A DNA stretch of 63,672 bases, filler included, from Octopus bimaculoides (Eukaryota), in assembly GCF_001194135.2 (NCBI RefSeq). It is 5 parts of 4 records of this genome, joined end to end, with 100 filler letters (N's around TTAATTAATTAA, not from the genome) between each part and the next. Parts side by side here need not be neighbours in the genome. Positions count along the whole stretch, not along the records: positions 23,848 to 44,969 come from NC_068989.1; 4 more parts are not named here. One strand, written 5' to 3'. How positions within the stretch are numbered: position 1 is the first letter of the stretch; every line of letters begins with the position of its first letter. Shown here piece after piece: positions 28,778-38,930 of this stretch. The notes beneath the pieces were generated by a model that saw nothing but the letters and a program-made list of their open reading frames with translations, was not told the origin of the DNA and did no database searches. The translations under genes were made by a program, and so were the position numbers.

Positions 28778-28923
28778 CTGATGAAAATAAACGAATTAAT
28801 TATTTCATTAATTAATTAATTAATTAATTAATTAAACAGAAAGAGAAAAAGCATAATTGAAGATTTCTTTTTTTTCATCTTTTAACTGCAAAATTAAATT
28901 TCATGGTTATTCCAGTAATGATG

Positions 28924-28969
<46 letters not shown>

Positions 28970-29118
28970 TCATCATCATCATCATCATCGTTTAACGTCC
29001 GCTTTCCATGCTAGCATGGGTTGGACTAATATATATATATATATGCCAAAAACTGGAACTGGTTGTTTCTGCAAGTCACACTGCTTCGACAAACTTCACA
29101 TATCTCAACAAAAAAATA

Positions 29119-29346
29119 TTTGGTTGTCCGGAAAGTTTGTGCCAATTTTTAAAGGAAAGAGAAAGGTCAATAAATACTTGCCATTACATTTTAAATCAAC
29201 CAAATATGAACCATTTTGTTGCAAAATGCGTCTCCATCTTTCCTTTAACTTGAAAATACCCTCCTCCCAGAATCGAGGTGGTTTCATGGCAAATAAGTCG
29301 AAAGGTAAGCTACTATAAATCGGCACGAACTTTCTGGGCAATCCAA
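29119..29346 (-). mobile_element. Mariner-derived MITE retaining the transposase C-terminus
   Basis: TIR-like ends ttggttgtccggaaagtttgtgcc / rc ttggattgcccagaaagttcgtgcc with TA on both flanks. Internal FAMKPPRFWEEGIFKLKERWRRILQQNGSY matches the mariner C-terminal GIxKLxERW motif. Confidence 0.85.
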
Positions 29347-30459
29347 TAGTTTAGAACATGACATTCCTCAACAAAAGATAGATTGGTATATAAAAATGCT
29401 TTCTGCATTTAAGGGTAATGAAATTTTGAGTGGGTATACCTGATTTACCACAGTAAAAAGGTTAAGCAAATGAAAATAATTGTTGTATTCAGTCAAGGTA
29501 CAAACTTTGGGGATATAACCAACTCCTACACCAAAGCTAATGCAATGATCAACTCTGCAGACAATATATATATATATATATATATATCTGTCTCTCTCTC
29601 TCTCTCTGTGAATTTGGCATGATTGTAAGCGTGTGAGTGTGTAAAATAATGTATCTTATCCTCATTTAAAACAGAAGGGTGTGATCTGAGGGAGATTTGA
29701 CTGCTATTTCTAGTGGCTCGAGTGATCATGTAGTGGCTCCCCTGTTGACTTACACATGTGTGTACTCGTGATGCATGTGTATGTGGATTGATATGTGAGT
29801 GTGTGTGTGTATAAATGCAAGCTTGTATGCGTATGTACTTTATCAAGCAATGCAAACTGATTTTCTGGTAGGGGGTGGTTAACTTTCTTTCTAATCCACA
29901 TTTACACACTCAGAATAAACTGTTTGTGCCTAAGTCATCTTGAGAAGATGTCAAAGAGTACAAGGAACATGAGAAACTGTATAGAATCAACAATCAAAGT
30001 GGCTGGTTAGCCGACAGGATGGTTGTTTGGTTGTTTGATTGTCTTGATGTCAACTTTGGAGAGTCAGGTCTTCTGTTGAATAAACAAAGCTGGGGAGAGA
30101 AAATTTTTAGAAGAACCCGGCTGAACTTTGACTAAAGTTTTGACTGTTTAACCCTGGGATCAGTCCATTGATCAAAGGTGGTCCACTCATGTGTTACCTT
30201 TATCGTTTATCTTTTACTTGTTTCAGTCATTAGATTGTGGCTATGCTGGGGCACCACTTTGATGAATTTTTAGTCGAATGAATCAACCCCAGGACTTTAA
30301 ATTTTTTGCTAAGCGCCTGGTATTTATTCTGTCAGTCTCTTTTTGCTGAACTGCTATGTTACCAGGACATAAACACACCAACACCAGTTGTCAAGCAGTG
30401 GTGGGGAACAAACAGACACACACACACAGATATATATATAATCAAAATAAGCATCAAGG

Positions 30460-30510
<51 letters not shown>

Positions 30511-30840
30511 AAAAATTATCTCCCTTGGCAACAGGTGGGGGTTGGCATCAGGAAGGGCATCCGGCTGTAGAAAACTTGTCACACGAATAGTGCTGCGCAT
30601 ATGTATATACATTTTTTAGTAGGCATGGGCATGGCTGTGTGGTTAGGAAGCTTGCTTCCCAGCTACATGGTTTCGGGTTCAGTCCCACCACATGGCACCT
30701 TGGGCAAGNNNNNNNNNNTCAGTCCCACCACATGGCACCTTGGGCAAGTGTCTTCTGCTATAGCCCCGGGCTGACCGAAGCTTTGTGATTGAATTTGGTA
30801 GGCGGAACCTGGAACCATGTGGTTATATATATATTTTGAT

Positions 30841-30912
30841 GGCCAGATGACTGAAGAGATGGCAGCGTGGGTTTTCGCCCCGACATCCGAAACTCAGAGT
30901 TTTATCATGGCT
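30841..30912 (+). ncRNA. Type I hammerhead ribozyme motif with long stem I
   Basis: GGCCAGATGA-CTGAAGA-GATG..CATC-c-GAA-ACTC a GAGT-T-TTATC a TGGCT. Stem I is 10 bp with one bulge and two G-U pairs, stem II is GATG/CATC plus an extension, and stem III ACTC/GAGT is near-palindromic. There is one extra C before GAAA. Confidence 0.75.
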
Positions 30913-32220
30913 ACCGAATAATTGTCACATATTATTTACAGATAAATTCCTCTATTTACATAATATCGAGGTCTCTTTTTTTCTTTTGTTGTCTTACCTT
31001 TTCTATCAATATATNNNNNNNNNNNNNNNNNNNNNNNNNNNNNNNNNNNNNNNNNNNNNNNNNNNNNNNNNNNNNNNNNNNNNNNNNGAGAAAAGACACC
31101 AAATGAAATTGGTAAAATAATTCTTTTGTTTTTGTTGGTGACAAAGCAGACCAAATGAAACAAATCAATTAATTATATTACAGCTTTCTCAGACTTAATT
31201 TTTTATCCAGCTGCAAGGTCAAGGGTAAAGAAGAAAAAAAGAAATAAAAATAAAAACAAAAACAGTAGTGTTCCATAAATATCTTAGAGATTTGAGGGGA
31301 AGGTAATTAAATGAGATTACATATTACATAATATGAATTCAGATATCAGTTATATTAGATAAAACAATGAAGCCTAGACTATTACAGAAACAAAAACAAA
31401 AACAAAACAGATTAATATGTAAAGTAGAGATAGAGAAGGTGTATGGGGGGAGGTAGAGATTGCAAGGTAGAGCACTTGTTTTGGACTGAATTGGCAATTT
31501 CAAATAATATATATTAATGACATTAACGACATGATAAGCAACATTTAGTTTTTGAAAATGCTTATTAAACGCTTCTGGTTTCAGGTTCAGTCTCACTGCA
31601 TAGCACCTGGGGCAAGTGTCTCCTATTATAGCCTACAGGCTGACCAATGGCTTGGAAGTAAATTTAGTAGGCGGAAACTGCAAGGAAGCCCATCGTGTAT
31701 CATGCAATTTGACTGCAGCCATGCTGGAGCACACCGTCTTGAAGAGTTTTAGTTGAACGAATCGACTCCAGGACTTTTTTAAACCTATATATGCAGTGGG
31801 CTTCTACAGTTTCTTATTTCTTTATTGCCCACAAGGGGCTACACACAGAGGGGACAAACAAGGATAGACAAAGGGATTAAGTCGATTATATCAACCCCAG
31901 TGCGTAACTGGTACTTAATTTATCAACCCCCAAAAGGATGAAAGGCAAAGTTGACCTCGGTGAGATTATGAACTCAGAACGTAGTGGCAGACGAAATACC
32001 GATAAGAATTTCGCCCGGTGGGGTAACGTTTCTGCCAGCTCACCGCCTTTCAGTTTCTGCCTACCGAATTTATTCACAAGGCTTTGGCCGGCCTGAGACT
32101 ATAGAAGACACTTGCCCAAGTGTCACACAGTGGGACTGAACTCAGAACCTTGTGGTTGGGAAGCAAGCTTCTTACCACACAGCCACACCTGCATCTATTA
32201 ATGAGATAACAAAATAAAGT

Positions 32221-32848
32221 TTGTTATACTTGGGGATGGTCAAGTTTTGCCAATTAAACACATGCACTACATATTTGATCTTCACTTCAGTTTTATTATA
32301 ATTATTTTTAGTTTATTTGTCTATCAAACAGAGAATTGTTGAAGCAGTCACAGAGTGTGTGACAAAGGAACTTTGACAGACAGATAAATTAAAAATAATT
32401 ATAACAAAAGCACTTGGAGAGCACAAACCTCCACCAAGGCAACACCAACATTCTCTCAACGATTAGCCAGAGATGATTTTTGAAATGAGAGTATCTGGAA
32501 TAAACTCGACTGCTCTGACAAATAAGAATGCTAAAAATGAACCCGACCGCTCTCAAAAATTGAGTAAAAAAAACAGAAAAATAATCCAGAATCCTTGTCC
32601 AGTACTGGATTAATACCAAAAATCTAATCAGTTCATGCCAGTCATAAGGTCAAATATCTCTGAAAGTTTCATCTAAATCCATCCAGCGGTTCTTGAGATA
32701 TCTTGTCCACAGACAAACAAACAAACAAACGTGACTGAAAACAATACCTCTGCTTTCGCTAAGGTGGAGGTAATAAAACTAAAGTGAAGATAAAATAAAC
32801 AGTGCATGTGTTTAATTGGCAAAATATGACCATCTCCAAGTATAACAA
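32221..32848. mobile_element. MITE with ~78-bp inverted ends, interrupted by a Helentron-like insertion
   Basis: 32221-32298 is the reverse complement of 32771-32848 at high similarity. Confidence 0.75.
32402..32773 (+). mobile_element. Non-autonomous Helentron/HINE-like element
   Basis: Subterminal inverted repeat acctccacc / ggtggaggt, (CAAA)n near the 3' end, and a 3' hairpin cctctgc..gtggagg followed by TAA. Confidence 0.55.
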
Positions 32849-33247
32849 TATCTGTTTCAACACACGATTTCACAAATCTTGCAAAATATATACATAATCA
32901 TAAAAATAAAATAGAGTTTGCAGCCATGGGACTCCACAAACAATGCTGTCCTGTGGTTAAACAACAACAACAACAACCAACAATAGAATTCACATTTTAA
33001 AAGTCCTAAATTTCAGAATAACATAACTTGACAATAAAGATTGGGTGGCTATGGTTAAAAAAACCCTGTTGAATATGCTTTTTATGTGATCAGCAACATT
33101 CATACTCAGGATCTGATCAAGCAGAATATTTGAATTCAAAATACTGAAAGGTAAGAATTTGTTATGTCACTGAAAACTGCAAAAGCATGTAATACACATG
33201 TCTGCACAAACACACAAAAGCACACTTGCATAGATTGTAATACTCAC

Positions 33248-33367
33248 AGGACTAGACTGAGTTGGCAATCCAGTGGAGGCGTTGAACACCATACTGGTAC
33301 TTTTATTGAGGTTTTTGTGGAAATTGGTGATATCTTCAATGGAAGGGACATTTTTTTTTATACACTT
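33248..33367 (-). CDS. ATOSA: Atos homolog exon (120 nt, phase 0/0): KCIKKNVPSIEDITNFHKNLNKSTSMVFNASTGLPTQSSP
   Basis: Strong acceptor ttcttcgttttgtttgtcttgcag| and donor CCT|gtgagt. TGLPxxSSP is the FAM214-family motif TGLPLxSSP(V/A)P. Phase matches the neighbouring exons. Confidence 0.9.
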
Positions 33368-33495
33368 CTGCAAGACAAACAAAACGAAGAAACAATTTTC
33401 AGTTGTCAATTAATACTTATAGGGGAAATATATATATATAGTCCAACCCATGCTAGCATGGAAAGCGGACGTTAAACGACGATGATGATGATGAT

Positions 33496-33563
<68 letters not shown>

Positions 33564-34650
33564 TGAGAAAGTTGGTATGTGAAAGCACGTGGTTGGATGT
33601 ATAAAAGATAAACAAGAGTGAAAAAAAACTATAGAAGGCTTGTGTTACATGGTTAAAGTATATATTTAAATTGTTATGTCAGAAAAATGTTATAAAATTT
33701 TGGGTATATAAACATTGTATTTGGAGAAATAACCGGTTNNNNNNNNNNNNNNNNNNNNNNNNNNNNNNNNNNNNNNNNNNNNNNNNNNNNNNNNNNNNNN
33801 NNNNNNNNNNNNNNNNNNNNNNNNNNNNNNNNNNNNNNNNNNTTTTGATGCAAAGCCAATGATTTCAAGGTGAACAGTATAGTTGATTTCATCAACCCCA
33901 GTAGTTGACCGGTAATTAATTTTACAAACCCCCGAAAGGATGAAAGGTTAAATTGACTATGATGAGATTTGAACTCAAAGAATAAAGAACCAAAAGAAAT
34001 ACCGCTGAGCATTTCGTCCAACAGGTTAATAATTCTTCCAGCTCGCCGCCTGAATGGAAATCTTAATAATGCTGGTGTATGGCAACGAAACAAGAATTTA
34101 TTTACTATTTTGGCTGACAAACTCATAAACGCTTGTTTTGTTTGTTTGTTTGTTTTCATATTTACAGCATCAATAATAAATGTCATGTTTTCAACCTTGA
34201 AGCTCGTAATCCTTAAGATTTAGAAAATCATTATCATTTGTTGCTTTTATGCCTACTTTTCTAGAATTAAGTAAATCAGGTTATTAAGTTCTTTTTAATT
34301 AATTCTTCCTGAAATATTTTAATTAATATAACTCTGTTTGCTTAGTGTGTTTTATATAGAAACATTACACACATGAGTTCAATACCTGCCAAGGTCAACT
34401 TTGCCTTTCATCCTTTCAGTTTATTTACTGGACAGTAAGAAATAGCTGTGTATCATCAAGGAGTCTCCTTACAGTTAAGTGAATTGCTAGAAAAAGCAGC
34501 CAAATCTCTATCAAATCACAAACTGCTTTTTTAAAAGAAAAAAGTGGGGCACTTAGAATAATGTAAGCTTAGAATAGTTATGTTCAAAATGAAGGCAAGA
34601 TGATCATGGTTGGAACACTTTTGATCATTAGTCTGTTGGATGGATAATAA

Positions 34651-35058
34651 TTTGAGAAGGACTGAGAGAGAAATGTGTGGCGTGAAGGTTGTTTGATAAG
34701 AGGAGGACTGAGGACTTGATGGGGATGCTGGGGTTGGACGAATCGGTGGAATGGCTGGTAAGGGTGAATGGAGTGCGGTGGTATGGGCATGTGTCGAGGA
34801 GGGATGAGGAGCATGTTCTGAAGAGGATGCTAGAGTCTGAGGTGAATGGACAGCAAAAGTGAGGCAGACTGAGGAAAATGTGTAGGGGACAGGTGGAGGA
34901 GGAGATTGGGAGGGTTGGCTTGAGAAGGGAGGATGTCCAAAACTGGGCAAGATGGTGAGATGGTGTGAGGGCGGTTGCTATGGCATTGAGGTAGATCTGG
35001 CCACCCCTGTTAATGGGGACAAAACCCAGATTCAAAATGATGGATGGATGGATGGATG
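34651..35058 (+). mobile_element. Degraded RTE LINE 3' end with (TGGA)n tail
   Basis: LRRTER..MCGVK..DKRRTEDLMGMLGL..VRWYGHVSRRDEEHVLKR..GR with stops and frameshifts. Confidence 0.8.
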
Positions 35059-35551
35059 GTTAAACAACGACAGATATGATACAAAGTAGACTTTTCATAT
35101 ATTATAAAAAAATATGTGTAAAAGCACCCAGTGCACTCTGTAAAGTGGTTGGCATTAGGAAGGGCATCCAACCATAGAAATCATGTCAAAACAGACATGG
35201 AGCCTGAACAGCCCTTCAACTGGTCAGCTCCTGTCAAACCGTCCAACCCATACCAGCATGGAAAACAGACGTTAAATGATGATGATATTCTTAACCTGTT
35301 GTCAACATAGTTCCTTTCTTGTTTTATTAGAAAATATCAATTTAAATGAAAAATATGTCCTCACAGAGGGCAGCAAAAGACTAAATAAAGGGGTGAAATC
35401 CAGTGCAACATCATCAACGAATGCCCCAATGACCACACGGTCGAGGGATAAGGTAAGAATTGAAATAAAGACAAAGTATGTCATTAGGAGTGAAGGTAAT
35501 GAAGGGGTTAACCCTTTCGTTACCATATTTCTGCTGAAATAGACTCACTTT

Positions 35552-35785
35552 ATTTACATTTGACAGATATTTGTCCTCATCTTGTTTGTTAACACGTTTC
35601 GGCTGATACACCCTCCAGACTTCATCAGGTCAATTGGGGAAATTTCGAACCTGGGTTCTCATTCCTAAGGTATTTTTCGATGTTATCATTATTATTATTA
35701 TTATTATTCAGAACACTGCCTGGAATCAAACTCGGAATCTTGGGGTTAGTAGCCCGCGCTCTTAACCACTACACCATATGCCCGT
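35552..35785 (-). mobile_element. tRNA-derived SINE with (AAT)n linker and hammerhead-like 3' region, TSD-flanked
   Basis: Head acgggcatatggtgtagtggttaagagcgcgg..gagtttgattcc has A and B boxes. Direct repeat agactcacttt lies at 35541-35551 and 35786-35796. It is inserted in a TTAA-CCCTTT MITE. Confidence 0.8.
35588..35634 (-). ncRNA. Degenerate hammerhead-like motif in a SINE 3' region
   Basis: Minus strand gacCTGATGAaGTCTGgagggtgtatCAGCCGAAACGTgtt. The core and palindromic ACGT are present, stem II has one mismatch, and stem I/H17 are not intact. Confidence 0.55.
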
Positions 35786-36174
35786 AGACTCACTTTGTTT
35801 CAATTAATTTTTAAATAATTAAGAATTTAGTAAAACAATTTTGTCATTAAGGTGGTGCTTGAAACCTAAATTAGCACGGAATCTTGATAGATGATTTTAA
35901 TTTAGATCACTTTAAAACAGGGTATTTGTGTCCTAGAATCAGGGATGGTCTCAAATGGATTGGTAACAAAAGGATTTAATTCTTTAGCATTTGGAATATT
36001 GTCAAATTAAATCTTATTAATTCAAATTGTCTTGAAATTAATCATGCATTATTTTGCATCTTCAAGATTTTGATGATGTGATTGTTCATTTTTAGAATAA
36101 CTTTATAGGGTAGGTGTGAGAGGCTGGATCTGGCTGGTTTCAACATTATCTGTCTATCTAGAGCAGCTAAAATT

Positions 36175-36350
36175 CCCAAGATCCATGGACAAGTTCTCTC
36201 CAGCGGTTTTTGTCCCTCATCATCACAGCCATGTCCTGTGTCCCCTAGAGACCAGTATCCATCCTTAGTGCATCAACATATGTCATCCTCACTCTCCCTC
36301 TTCTAGTGAGTTCATGTAGGGGCTCCCACAGGAACACTAAGTACAGTATC
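36175..36350 (-). mobile_element. RTE LINE C-terminal remnant
   Basis: FLWEPLHELTRRGRVRMTYVDALRMDTGL..MRDKNRWRELV, an RTE/BovB-like ending. Confidence 0.7.
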
Positions 36351-36610
36351 AAATCTGTCAATATTGAGTTCAGCATTAAATAGATAGAATATTTCAGCCG
36401 ATTACGGCCGGTTTAAATGTTAAAGGGTTAAAAAAAACTGCTTCATTAAAACCTGAAAATGTCAGAATGCTAAGCTATTTTTATGATTTATGTTGCTTTG
36501 CAACAGGAAAGCTGGTGGTAAAAATAGTGCTATGTTGGTGTGCAACATGTAAGAATTTAGAAATAATACATTTCTAAATCTCTCAGAGAGATTTATGCAG
36601 TAGTGATATG

Positions 36611-36923
36611 ATGAAGTAGTTGTATGCTGTCAACTTAATGTGACAGTCCCCTGACGGGAATAATACTACTGTTGGTTACACCTAGGAAACTACACTGCTT
36701 CCTGTTTGGAGTAGCAGACTGATGACGAGCAAAGACTCAGAAACAAGTCTCTGGATGCAGGCTTAGCTAGGTGGAAGTGCTTGTCTCCCCCTTGTAAACA
36801 TAAGGACACAGGAAATGTGTCAAGGCCGACAGGAAGCAGTGCAGCTTCCTAGGTCTAACCAACAGTAGTATTATTCCCTTCAGGGGACTGTCACATTAAG
36901 TTGACAGCATACAAGTACTTCAT
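36611..36923. mobile_element. 313-bp foldback element with ~95-bp terminal inverted repeats and a hammerhead in the spacer
   Basis: 36611-36705 is the reverse complement of 36829-36923 with about 5 mismatches. No TSD seen. Confidence 0.85.
36715..36753 (+). ncRNA. Minimal type I hammerhead ribozyme motif (Penelope-type)
   Basis: CAGA-CTGATGA-cGAG caaaga CTCa-GAA-AC aa GT-C-TCTG. Stem I CAGA/TCTG, canonical core, stem II GAG/CTC, stem III AC/GT, GUC cleavage triplet ending at 36749. Confidence 0.75.
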
Positions 36924-37035
36924 GTAAAAATTTCTCAAGAAGCTGGGTTCAGTTGTAATGGTTTAAGAGGGCCAAGGGGAGAAATGACTAAACTGGAGAC
37001 GTTCCAAGACATGTTTCTAGTTCAACAGGACTCAC

Positions 37036-37044
37036 CGTAAGAAC
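37036..37044 (-). CDS. Candidate 9-nt microexon (GTT CTT ACG = V-L-T) in the phase-0 Atos intron
   Basis: On the minus strand: ttCTAACattaccaagttttCAG|GTTCTTACG|GTGAGT. That gives a branch-like CTAAC, an acceptor and a consensus donor, and is frame-preserving. No transcript evidence. Confidence 0.3.
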
Positions 37045-37273
37045 CTGAAAACTTGGTAATGTTAGAATCTCACCTCTAAAGATTCCAGACGAAGTAGAAC
37101 ATATTTTATAAAATATGAAGATTATCTTTTAAGGTCAAACTATTTCCCTTCTCCCAATCACCATCTTCACCAATGAATTCTTTCAATACCTGGTCTAGAA
37201 GCAGGGACAGATTAAGACCCATAGAGACCCTAAGCACTTAAAAGATTTTGGTGCCCTTCTATATATGCCATTC

Positions 37274-37672
37274 GTGGAGGCGCAATGGCCCAGTGCTTAG
37301 GGCAGCGGACTCGCGGTCACAGGATTGCGGTTTTGATTCCCAGACCGGGCGTTGTGAGTGTTTATTGAGCGAAAACACCTAAAGCTCCACGAGGCTCCGG
37401 CAGGGGATGGTGGCGAACCCTGCTGTACTCTTCCACCACAACTTTCTCTCACTCTTACTTCCTGTTTCTGTTGTACCTGTAATTCAAAGGGTCAGCCTTG
37501 TCACACTGTGTCATGCTGAATATCCCCGAGAACTACGTTACGGGTACACGTGTCTGTGGAGTGCTCAGCCACTTGTACATTAATTTCACGAGCAGGCTGT
37601 TCCGTTGATTGGATCAACTGGAACCCTCGATGTCATAAGCGACGGAGTGCCAACAACAACAACAACAACAAC
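37274..37672 (+). mobile_element. Full-length tRNA-derived SINE, family B (gtggaggcgcaatggcccagtgg..), (CAA)n tail
   Basis: A and B boxes and a (CAA)n tail. Copies at 23848-24100 +, 40727-41109 -, 46494-46850 -, 49375-49648 -, 54617-55002 -. Confidence 0.85.
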
Positions 37673-38649
37673 CTAAGCTTGGGTGTGTCCTAAGCAATCA
37701 TGCGTCTTATAGGCCATGAAATATGCTAAGTATGTTAGCAACCATTTTGCTATTAGTTTTCCATGCAGCAGGTGTCCACGAGTATTTTTCCCCAGCCATT
37801 CTATTCAATATTTATCCTGCTGTTAGAGAGCTTATATCCCTGCACGAATAATATATCACAATGACAATAGCTAATAATATCTCAATACCTTCAGCAATAC
37901 GGTAACAAGATATTGATTTTGTTTTGACTTGCGGAGAATATTAACCTTTTTTTTGTTTTTGCTTTTGGTCAGTTTACCAAAAACATCTGGTCAAGCTTTA
38001 TCCAATAAAAGTCAGAAATAATTTAATAATCAAGGGAGATATTAGTCTCAAAATATGGAATACACTGTTATTAACTTCGGGAAGATCTCCAATTGTAACT
38101 GTTCTGTTATCAAAATGGAAGTCGGAAATGTTATTTTCTCATTGACTATGAAATATTTTCTAAATCTACTTTCTAAATAATATTCGATAATAGTCATGCA
38201 CAGGTATGGCTGTGTGGTTAAGAAGTTTACTTGCCAACCATGTGTGTTTGGGTTCAGTCCCTCTTCGTGGCACCCTGGGCAAATTTCTTCTACAAAAACA
38301 ACAGGATCACCAAAATCTTGTGAGTGAGTTTAGTAGCCAGAAACTCCAAAGATGTCCATTGAGTGTGTGTGTGTGTGTGTGTGTGTGTGTTTACTCTTGT
38401 CTAGACATCATGTGATGGTAGTAAATGAATACCATTCTTAGCAAAGTTATTCATTTCCAATCGTCTTTGACCGTGAGGAAATATTTACCTTGCTTGGAAA
38501 CAGATGAGGGTTGATGACTGGAAAGGCATCCAGCTGTAGAAAATCTTACTCAACAAATTCCATCTGACTCATGCCAGCATGAAAAATAAACATTAAATGA
38601 TGATGATGATGATGATTTGTGTTCCATCATTCTTGCTTGATGCCATCAG

Positions 38650-38930
38650 ATGTCAACTGATGCCTGCTTTCTTCATTTCTTTCCAGTCTTCACATATTCT
38701 TTAACATTTAGTGTCCATGTTTCAGTAAAATGTGGGGTGTTGAATGAGAAGGATATGTGAATACATTACAGTTCATACACAGGCATCTTGTTCTTCACTC
38801 ATAGAAAGATTCCTTTTATTGTCAAGCGAATAAATTAACAGCTCTCTGGACATTTTCCATCCTTACCCAAACTCTCTCATTATGATTCCCCAGTACATCG
38901 CAATGCTCACCCCCACTGCTGATGCTTACA
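38650..38930 (-). mobile_element. Highly degraded RTE RT C-terminal remnant
   Basis: GWKM.REL..DACV*TVM..ETWTLNVKE..RLERNE fragments across frameshifts. Confidence 0.55.

Larger units (their letters stand above)
35508..35980. mobile_element. Second piggyBac-like MITE family (TTAACCCTTTCG..), host of the hammerhead SINE
   Basis: Starts ttaaccctttcgttacc and ends ggtaacaaaaggatttaa. A related fragment lies at about 2095-2200. Confidence 0.55.

Noticed and set aside
28778-28795. CTGATGA motif on the plus strand
   Set aside because: It is the reverse complement of the Atos exon acceptor (ttttcatcag) and has no stem II.
37274-37345. tRNA-like heads (also 43871, 35720-35785) as tRNA genes
   Set aside because: They continue into repeated SINE bodies with tails or TSDs, and I could not fold a complete cloverleaf.
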